From assembly GCA_030390025.1 (NCBI GenBank), contig CM059440.1:69316001-69380000 (forward strand): DNA of 64,000 nt, in the 5' to 3' direction. Source of the DNA: Squalus acanthias. Lineage: Eukaryota. The notes under the pieces are model-generated. The model was not told the DNA's origin. It made no database searches and saw only the letters and a program-made list of their open reading frames with translations. A program made the position numbers and the translations under genes. Positions 24,654-34,445 of this stretch are shown here, one piece after another (positions within the stretch are counted from its first letter, which is position 1; each line of letters opens with the position of its first letter).

Positions 24654-26779
24654 CTGCAGTAAAGCAAACACATTCCCTATTAATGGAGGCAAATTTGTTT
24701 GATGTTAGGTTATCTCATTAAATATTTAACAATGTTGACACCAAATACAGAGTGCATCAAAGCTGTGAATGCTCTTCCTAACTCCAATAATATTGATAAA
24801 ATGTGTTTAATATTTTTATTTCCCCATCCCCCCCCCCTGCATTCCCACTCTTCTCAGGTTAAAACTCCCAGCCATAGTTTATTTTTTTCACAATATATAA
24901 GTACATTTTGAGGGCAGTGGTTAGTAGAGTGGATTACACACTGACATTTCATCTCTAGAATATGGGTTCAAATCCAGTCCAGATCGATGGAATGAAATTC
25001 TCCACTGTCTGATGCTTGTACGAGTTTTGTGAAACCCAGCAATCTCCATCCAGTCTCTAGCAATCTGGTACAAATTGACATTTAATTAGAAATCTTATCT
25101 GGGAGCCTACAGGAGGAATCGCGTGGGAAGATGAGAAAGTGTCACACTGGTGCCGTAGAGGTGGTCCTCTGAGACTTGGGTAGAGGCAGATTTATGGGGC
25201 AGACTCTATGTCTGAGCTATACCTGAGAGAGCTTGCAAAAAGCGCTCAAAGTACATTGCAGGTGCATCAACATCAATAAGGCGAAAGGGTAAATGAATGT
25301 TTTGGGCAGAGACCTCAAATGCAGACAGCTCTGCTGTCAATTTCCAGCATTTTCATTTTTTTTATGTCAGCATGTTCTGTTTTTTCTTTTTTTTATAATC
25401 TGTGGCAATGCTTAATGTTGCTGTTAGGCACTTAAAATAAAGTTCATGCCTGGAATTTCCACGGGGGATCGCTGGTGGGAGATTGGCAGAACCTCCGGAG
25501 AAAAATGGCTGTTTATGCCGTTTCACCAAGGTTTCTGCCAATCTTCTGCTGAAGTTACCCCGATGAGCACAACATTCAGTACAAATAGTAAAACAAGTAT
25601 TTTACAATATCGTTTTATTCTTACTTTACACAGCTGTTTTAAAAAATTCTATATTTGGTCTCAAGAACGTTTTCCCTCACAGTGATAGTATGAGGAGAAT
25701 CTGACTGGATTTAGTGCAAGGTGGCAATTGTGCTTGGAATCGATGCAAGTTTTTGTATCCAACGACAGGAAAAGAGAATGTTTCACAACTTTATCACACT
25801 AGGACAAAGGTATAATGGGGTCAGCTGACCGTAAGACAGGTTTCCTCTAAATACTGGTCACCCATAAAGCTGTCATCTCAATGAGAGATTCAGGTAACTT
25901 ATAGCATGTTCTGAATGCCTGCTGCTCCAATACTATCAACTACCCAACGATTATAATGCCAAATCCTGGTCCACATCTTGTCCATGACCACAGTGAAACA
26001 CTAACAACTATGATGTAATCCCCTGCTAGTTCATCAAATGATAATCAACCATAGATTGCAAGAAATCATATGGTCAGTATATATTGTAGAGTAGGAGTCA
26101 TTTATGCAGGACATGGAATATCATTTTATAGGGACGATCACCTCAGAAATGATTTCCCTCAATGATGAAAATCCATTCATCCAGCTAGATGGGATGACTG
26201 TTGTTGAGTCTTCATGATTTTCAGCTATGTTTTGCGCTCCAGTAAATGAGCTGACTGTTTCATAGCTAACTGTAATACTGGCTGATTGAGAATCCAGCAC
26301 ACTGGGGCAATAATTGAGTTGTCCTGATTGTTGTGGTAATAATAATATTACTCCTTAAAACCTACCTCTTTGACCAAGTTTTTGATCACCTGCCCTAATG
26401 TCTCCTTTTGTGGCTCGGTATAAAAATTTTTGTCTTCTAAGGTGAAGCGCCTTGGGACGTTTCACTACGTTAAAGGCGCTATATAAATACAAGTTGTTGT
26501 TGTAATTATTAATTGGGATACAGATTTAGAAGCTTGTGCTGAGGTCCTTGAGTCCACAATTAAGCCTTGATTCCAGCATTATTTCAGTGCACTTTTGTTA
26601 GAAGGTGGTTGAAATATAAACATCATATGGAAGACCGCTGGTCTTTTAAAGAACCTATAATTAGAGATACTTTTGGAACAAAGCCTAATGGGGCTTCAGC
26701 CTCGATGAACTGTCTGTAGCTGCCAATGCAGACCCAAGGAAGCACTTGGACTATATTTTTAATCCTTAAAATTATATAT

Positions 26780-27600
26780 ATCTTCTTTCATCATACATGT
26801 CACTCAGCTTAATAAACCTGACCTACACCAAGAAGCAACATCTGGATGGCATTCTCAGTGAAAAGGAAAGCAAATTCCTGCAATACTGGGTTTTATCCAG
26901 GTACTGACAGGAGATATCATTGGGGTCAGCAAGAATGCACTCATCACCATATTATTGAGATCATAAATGTTCATTTCTGCCACAGGTGTCTGCACATCAA
27001 GTTCAACAGCCGCATACATAACCAGCTGGATAGGTTGACCCAATATTATTGGTTGTGCAGCATTCCCAATGCACAAGGTATTATTGATTACACTCACTCC
27101 TGCATTGCTGCATTTGAAGCAGAGGCAAATCCAGGGCTACGAGGAGAGAGCAGGGCAATGAGATTAGTTTTGGATTGCTCTAGCAAAGAGCTAGCACAAA
27201 CACAATGGGCTGAAGGCCCTTGCTTCTGTGCTGTAAACATTTGTTGTTGATGGACCTGCAGGCACGCCATGCCTTTTGTCAACAGAAAAGAGGAACTGTT
27301 ATCTGAAGAATCGGATGGTATGTGGCCACTGGCTGGCAAGAAATGATACAAGTTAAAGATCGTTTTCCCAATAATGCTCACAATGCTTACACCCTGAGGG
27401 AATTAAGGAATCGAGTTCCACAAATGCCCCATGGATTACTGGCTCCAAAGATAGGTGATGCCACTTCTGTAATCACCAAATCCCACAAGAAAGGATCGAC
27501 ATGGATGTGCATTTATGAGGCAGGAATATAACAGAGCAAACCTTTGGCCTCCGAAAACAATGGGGGTACATGAACTCCTCACAACAACAGCTAATACCCA
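26780..27600 (+). pseudogene. Very old PIF/Harbinger transposase relic
   Basis: Scattered frames give TGFY..LTGDIIGVSK, IPNAQGIIDYTH (compare FPNxxGAIDGTH), FVNRK and RQEYNRAN, in the expected order. Confidence 0.55.
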
Positions 27601-28393
27601 AAGTGGCATAGATAGGATGAGTATTCCGGGATTTAATCCCTTGAGGCTTCCATGTGGCCCTATCTGGAAGCAGAAGGACAGAATGCAGAACTTTATAAAT
27701 ACCCTGTAACTAAAGTTGCCTGGTTGTGTTTGTTTGGGACAAGACTAAAAACTTATTTCCCATTGTTATGTACAATTTGTTAAACATTCATTTTGCATTA
27801 AAAAGGAATGACAGCAGTCTTTATGGTGTTCAATTTTATGAATATAAGAGTGAGTGTGAGCAATGTGTCGAATGTGATGTACTGCTACACTGTCCGTTTG
27901 TGCCATATGTACCAGCGCACCATTTTTTCCTCTTGTATTAATCCCAAATGATGCCTTACTGGAAGGAATAGGCAGGAAGATTCTTGAAAAATATCCTAAG
28001 GACCTGTTTGCAACCTCTTTAGTAGCTCTTCTGATTCTGGATTAGTGTGAGAACCCCCTGCTTGTTGCACACTCCACCATCAATGGTAGAGACTTCAGCC
28101 ATCATGGCCTGCGCTTTGTACTTCTCTTCTTGAACCCCTCCAGCTTGCTGCTTTTCTCTTCACATTTACAAAAATCTTCAAAACCTACCTCTTCAATCTC
28201 ACCTTCAGTCACCTGCCCTAAATCGTCTCCTAATTCCTGCTCAATCTCCAATTTCTTCATTCCATTGTGAACCACTTTGGGATGTTCTGCTACGTTAAAA
28301 GTGGTGTTTGTTACCTCCAACCTGTATATATTGGTGACTCTGGTGGTCCTGTCTTTGTGCCAGGAATATTGTCTCAGTGGTGGTCTACATACT

Positions 28394-28943
28394 TTCGGCC
28401 TTCGAGACACACGACAACGCAAAATCGTCGAGCAGAAACGAATAGCCAAGTTCCGCACCCATGAGGACGGCCTCAACCGGGATCTTGGGTTCATGTCACG
28501 CTACATGTAACCCCACCTGACGTAGAGTCATCCAGACTCGAGTCGTCGTTGGCTTGTTCTCTCTACACAGATGCGGCCGGACCTGCTGTGATTTCCAGCA
28601 AAAAAAGTTTTTTGTTTTCCATACAGACCCCAGCATCTGCCACATTGTCTTTGATGTAATGTTTTCCTGACTGACCTGTTTGGACACCATCCACACCTTT
28701 GATTGCTGTGATTATCTCTCTGCCGAGGTGTGATAAAGGGCAGTTGGAAAGATTAACTGTAATCATCTGGCAGTGTTCTCTGACTATATATGCTGTGACT
28801 ATATGCATCTCTTCACTTCACCTGACGAAGGAGCAGCGCTCCGAAAGCTTGTGATTTCAAATAAAGCTGTTGGACTATAACCTGGTGTTGTGCGACTTTT
28901 CACATTTGTCCACCCCAGTCCAACACCGGCATCTCCACATCAT
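28394..28943 (+). mobile_element. Penelope-like element 3' end (GIY-YIG C-terminus plus pseudo-LTR)
   Basis: GLRDTRQRKIVEQKRIAKFRTHEDGLNRDLGFMSRYM* followed by a UTR with a hammerhead motif and AATAAA; homologous to 43209-43637. Confidence 0.85.
28818..28854 (+). ncRNA. Minimal type I hammerhead ribozyme motif, intact core
   Basis: TCAC-CTGACGA-A-GGAGC-agc-GCTCC-GAAA-GC-TT-GTGA: stems I and II pair perfectly, with a palindromic stem III (AAGCTT). Confidence 0.8.
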
Positions 28944-29744
28944 ACATACTTTGAAGTGCTTCTCTTGTCACTTGCCCAGAGGCAAGGGACTGGTCGTAAC
29001 TTCACAGCCACTCCCCTGTTCCTGTGCTTCTGTTTGGAAGTCACTATTGGCCTACAGCCAATGATCCCTGTCTACAGATATTATTGCACTGCTTCAAGGT
29101 CTTTGAATCTCTTCTCAATGGCTCTCTTCAATGTATCTCCAAATGCATTAAAATATCTTGGATTGTGGACATCAACACCTTGGCATTATGAGTGGGAACA
29201 TTCCTGAGAGATGCTCCAACTGTGCTCGCTGCCTACATGGGACTGGTGTTACATGCTGTTCAATGACAGTTGTACAAATGGATGGTAGAATCTGCACCTC
29301 AATCCAGACCACCTTTCTCTATGAAATAAATAACATGCTCAGCAGTTCATGTTTATGAAGAATTCTTTGTTTCTTTGGTGGCCCTGTGAGGTCAGAATTA
29401 CAAAGAGACTCATGGCCATGATGGACCTTTCTGCATCAACAGCCAGGCCTTCTTCACTCATCACCTCTGCTCTTTCCTTACCTTGGATCAGTGACTCACT
29501 TATCGAACCCACTAATTCCTTCCAAAGTGTTAGTGTGTTTGGGGTGGGGACTACTTCAAGTAATATTCGTGTGTTTGGGCTTGGGACTGCTTCAAGTAAT
29601 GTGGGGGTTTTGCACCAGCTCTTGGCTGGTACGAAGTTCTGAGGTGCGTGTGTGAGACAGTCCTGACAGTCTGACCTTGACAGACCAGCTTCTTCTTCCT
29701 GGGCTTGTGGACTTTCTGGAGAGAAAAAGATAACACACGATAAG

Positions 29745-29970
29745 TGACATGAATCTTGTCAATCATGGGAAATGACTTATGACATAATACTGGGCGGCCT
29801 GCTGGTGGCGCTGTCCAGGGAGAGTATAAATACTCGGGCATGGGCCCAGCTTGCTCAGGACATTCTTTAACAGGAACTAGTGAAGGACAACTACATCTCC
29901 ATGTTGTAAAACAGTTGAGTAAAGCTTTGTTTAATGCTTAGACCAAGTGCCTAGTAGTTTTCTTACATCA
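29745..29970 (+). mobile_element. Solo LTR, copy 2 (226 bp)
   Basis: TGACAT...ACATCA with an exact 5-bp TSD ATAAG (29740-29744 and 29971-29975); TATAAA at about 29825. Confidence 0.85.
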
Positions 29971-30816
29971 ATAAGCACATTAGAATTGATATGATATTGT
30001 TGTCACACTGACTATGTTTGCAGTGGAGCACAAACACTATTTTCAATTTGTTGAAAATGAAAATCCTTGCTATAGTGATTATCATTGCACAAACAGTAGC
30101 ATTGCTGTCACCATGAACTTCAATATTCTGCAAACCCTGTATAGCTTCCCAGCTTATAATCTCCATAATAGTATGATCGTAGCAGGCGGGGAGTTTCATG
30201 GAGCTGCATGACGCTTCCAGTCCTAGAATGGTGGAACATGTTGAAGACCATCTTCTTGTGCAAGTCTTTGATAAGTTATTTTGCAGGGAGAAGCCACACA
30301 ACAGTGTATGTGTTACTAGGTCTAGTAGAATGAAATATGATATCTTGCTACCTGAAGATGGAAAAACAGCATGAGTACTTTCAAGTAGTCATTTCTATTT
30401 GTGAATAAGGGTTTTTAGTGAGCAGTCTTTCTCAGGCAACAGTAAACAGGTCTGACGTGTTTAGCCTGTTGCAATCCCGCTAAATATCCTCTTTTGTGCT
30501 CCACTTTCATCAAGATATGACTACAATTTGGGTTCCTAATTCTCTTGTGTCAACCCATTCAAGAAATATGGCCGCTAACTGCAATCTCCTTGGATAGGGA
30601 TTTCTACTAATGTTAATTAATTGTCACCCAGACAACATGTAGTAAAGTCATTGACAGCCATGACCATATATAGCGGTGCAACGTAATTTCAAAGATTCTC
30701 ATTGCTTACCTTGGAGCGTTTCTTCAAATCAGACACCTTCTTCGCCAAAACCTTCCGAGCACAGTGGGGCTGTGTGGATCTCCACCTGATCGTCTCCCGT
30801 GCCTGCTGGAGCCTTT

Positions 30817-31577
30817 AGGGGGAGTTTTGCCAGCCCTGGAGAGGTGGGTATGGAGGCGGGACTACCGGGAAAATGGCAGAAACTGGGAGCGGGTACCAAA
30901 CCCGCTCCCAACCCGCCTCCATGCCATCTTCCCGGGAGGAGGGTCCCCGACTCGCGCAGGGACCCGTCTCCTTGAGGCAGGAAGGGGATTACAGCCAATT
31001 AACTGCCTGTTAACAGGTAGTTAATAGGCAGTTAAGAGGATAATCCCCATTTTACCCCTGCAAGTGCGGGCTTCCCGACGGCTGCGAACCTCGCCAGGGT
31101 CAGCGAGGCGAGCAGTGGGTCTGCGGGGGTGAGAGGGATCGAAAAGTGCGCTGTGGAGGTGAGTGATGGGTGCAAGTGTGGAGAGGTGAGTATGAGAGGT
31201 GAGTGTAAAGTGTTAGAAAAAGTTTACTTAGCTTTGCTTCTTCCTGCAGGCTTCAACCCTTGGGGATCCGGAGGTGCCTTATCTCAACGGCAGAGATGAC
31301 AGAATGGCTGCTGCATTCTCAGATGCAGCAGCTATCTGATTTCTGCTAAGGAAAGAGGTTTGGTGAGTCAAAAATTTTTGACATATGAAACGTCATACGC
31401 TGACGTCCTCTGTCACCGGCTTTCCCTTAATTGGCCGGCTAAGCCCGCAGGGCGGGCTTAACATGGTCAATCAAGGGAAAATAGCGTGGGCTGGCCAGAT
31501 GTCGTTGGGGTCGGGACTGAAACCCGACAACCAGCAGTCCCGCCCCCAACGCGCCCCCATTGAGAAAATCCAGCCCT
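30817..31577. mobile_element. GC-rich non-autonomous DNA element (probable Harbinger-type MITE)
   Basis: GGGGG...AAAATCCAGCCC ends; right end resembles 11560-11755. Confidence 0.5.
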
Positions 31578-31823
31578 TTGTGTAGCAGTTGGCTATTGCA
31601 TATGTGCCAATTAAGATGGTTACCAGGTGATTGAGCTGCATTATTGTCATTCTTTAATGATCGGCTGCTCAGTTGCATTAGTTGTAATGCATTGAAACCC
31701 TTAGAATTCATTGTGAGTAAATTTATACATTACCGCAAGTGTGCTAAGCAAGTGGAGCAAACATTAACACTGATTTAATTCATAAAAGTGCAATACATGT
31801 AAATTAAACCCCCAAATGATCTC

Positions 31824-32199
31824 TGACATGAATCTTGTCATTCATGTGGAAATGACTTATGAAATAATACTGGGCGGCCTGCTGGTGGCGCTGTCCAGGG
31901 AGAGTATAAATACATAGAAACATAGAAGATAGGAGCAGGAGTAGGCCATTCAGCCCCTCGAGCCTGCTCTGCCATTCGATGAGATCATGGCTGATCATCT
32001 AAACTCAGTACCCTGTACCTGCCTTCTCCCCATATCCCGTGATACCTTTAGCTTTAAATACTCGGGCACGGGCCCAGCTTGCGCGGGACATTCTTAACAG
32101 GAACTAGTGAAGGACACAACTAGACCTCCATGTTGTAAAACAGTTGATTAAAGCTTTGTTTAACGCTTAGACCAAGTGCCTAGTAGTTTTCTTATGTCA
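31824..32199 (+). mobile_element. Solo LTR, copy 3, with a nested CR1 tail
   Basis: TGACAT...ATGTCA with an exact 5-bp TSD ATCTC (31819-31823 and 32200-32204). Confidence 0.85.
31914..32054 (-). mobile_element. CR1 3' tail inserted at the LTR TATA box
   Basis: Matches the CR1 3' UTR at 56470-56600; flanked by the duplicated sequence TAAATAC (31907-31913 and 32055-32061). Confidence 0.85.
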
Positions 32200-33340
32200 A
32201 TCTCCATCACCTTTCTTCCATTAAAACCTTTAGCTCCTTACAACTGTTTAGCTTGCCCTGGCAATGAGCTTCTGAATATCTTTTGGGTATTATTTCTAAT
32301 AAATACAAAACTTTGGGATATACTGCAACATTTGCAATTTGACACAGCAAGCACTATTTATGTTAAACTACTCTGGTGGTATTATGCCTGGGTGATTCTT
32401 TTAAACTAAAGAAAATGAAAACTGACGTTTATATAGCATTTTATCACGTGTTGAAATGTCTCAAAGCAGGTCACACGTTGAATAACTAGAGGGAAATACA
32501 GCAGCCATTTTGCGCCAGAACACCTCACATGAAATGAATGACCACTTAATCTGTTTTTTTTTTAAGAATCAGAAGTTGCCAGACCACCAGCAGAAATCCT
32601 ACTTTTCTTCATATAGTACAACGGGAGCTTGGACTTTCACCTGAGCAGTCAGATGGGATCTCGTTCTAACATCTCATCGGGAAGGCGGCACATTAAACAA
32701 TGCAGCACGCACTCAGTGTCAGCCTGGTGTGGGACTCGAACTTACAGCCTACTGATCCAGAGACGACCGCCAAGCTGGCAACTTAATTAGCTTTCCCATA
32801 GTTTACAGATACTGCTAGCAAATAAATATAAATGCAACCTACAGCTCTTGGCTTCCTGTAGATGAACCACTTACTGTACTGAGATGGACATTTTTACTGC
32901 CCATGCTGTCCATTCTCAGTCTGCCAGAATAGCAGTGTTCCCAGATCATTTAACATTAAATTGGCACAATACTCGATATTCAACGACAACAAGACTGACA
33001 CCATGCCCACAAGAGTCTTAAAAGTTAGGAAGGGGATTGCCAACCCGTTTCTGTTTTAGTGGGATTCTCACTTGGATCCTAAAGGTGAAAGGATGCAGCT
33101 GTAATAAAATAATACAAGAAGTGTCTTCAGGTCACTAGAGGCAGTTTGTTCTTTTGTATGTCTCAGACAGAATCTTCTTGGTCCTTTATGTTGGTTACCA
33201 TTAAAAGGACCATATATCAGGCTGCTACAGACAGGTTTTTCTCCCATTTAAAGAATTAAAAAAATCTGTTAGCTCCAGTATTCAATGGACTTTGTCAGCC
33301 TGTGGTATGCTTTGCTGCACAATTTCATACCTGATCTTAC

Positions 33341-33512
33341 CTGATTGTTGGCACTGAGCATTCGACTGTAACCCTGACTCCTGGGTAGAAGTTTAGGAGG
33401 CGTGCGGAGACTAGACCGGTGCAGATTATCCAGGCTGTAGTTCATTGCGGTTTGTCCTTGCAGATAGGAGTGACTGCAAATGTATGGATCAGAGCAGTGC
33501 TTGCAACTGAAC
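33341..33512 (-). CDS. DLGAP3: DLGAP3 coding exon, 172 bp, phase 2 to 0 (not in ORF track in this frame)
   Basis: Acceptor tctactcacacag|G and donor AATCAG|gtaaga. Open frame (K)FSCKHCSDPYICSHSYLQGQTAMNYSLDNLHRSSLRTPPKLLPRSQGYSRMLSANNQ. PPKLLPRSQGYSR resembles SAPAP3 PPRIHPRSSIPGYSR, and SHSYL/SLDNL resembles SAPAP1. Phases fit both neighbouring exons. Confidence 0.88.
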
Positions 33513-33569
33513 CTGTGTGAGTAGACAGAAATGTATTATGGCTAAAAGCATAATGTATACAACAATACT

Positions 33570-33719
33570 GGGGTGAAATTGGTCTTTGCCAGTCGCATGA
33601 AATGGGTGATAGCAAATCGGCAGCCCGTTCATGGAAAAGAAAAACGTCCGCGGTGTAAGGAGGGGCTGTCGATTCGCTGTCACCCGATTCGCTGTCATCG
33701 GCAAAGACCAATTTCACCC
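33570..33719. mobile_element. MITE with a perfect 20-bp TIR
   Basis: GGGTGAAATTGGTCTTTGCC...GGCAAAGACCAATTTCACCC; lies about 57 bp upstream of the 33512 splice acceptor. Confidence 0.85.
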
Positions 33720-33844
33720 AATTTTTTCTGGTTAGGAAAGGGTTACAATATTTTATTTTATGGTTGTGGTTAATATGTTTCTAAACTAATGGATGCCAAG
33801 CTATTACTAAATAAATCTTGAATTCATCCAGGTCATTAGTACAG

Positions 33845-34195
33845 AACAAAAAGAGCTTGTATTTATATCGCGCCTTTCACATCCTCAGGACGTTTCCAAA
33901 CCACTTTACAGCCAATGAAATGCTTTCAAAGTGCCGGCTTTGTAGGCAAACACAGCAGTCAATTTGTACACAGCATAGTCCCACAAACAGCAATGAGATA
34001 AATGACCAGTTAATCTGTTTTGGTGGTGTTGGTTGAATAATCCCTGGGTTTAACATTGCATCCAAAAGACAGCATCTCCAAAAATGCATCTCATCCTCAG
34101 TACCACAATGAAGCATCCGTCTAGATTATGTGCAGGGTTTGAACCACAAGACCTTTTGGGTCAGAGGTAGGAGTACTCTCACTGAGCTAAGCTGG
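33845..34195 (-). mobile_element. Degraded Deu-SINE
   Basis: Reverse-complement similarity to 15683-16160, with an internal deletion. Confidence 0.65.
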
Positions 34196-34300
34196 CACAC
34201 AGTGACATAGCCATGAACAGACATGCAAACCAGACCACAATAAAAGACCATACGAAAAGAAAGAGATAATTCAGGTTGTTATTCAGGATTTACACACACA

Positions 34301-34445
34301 GGGGGTAATTTTAACTTTAGGTGATGGTGTAAAACGGGTGACATCAGCTCGGCCGCCCATAAAGGAAAATCGGGTGGGGTGTATAATGGGCGGCCGATTT
34401 GATTACCCCTGTTTTACACCATAACCAAAAGTTAAAATTATCCCC
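34301..34445. mobile_element. Short MITE
   Basis: TIR GGGGGTAATTTTAACTTT...AAAGTTAAAATTATCCCC; largely palindromic. Confidence 0.75.
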
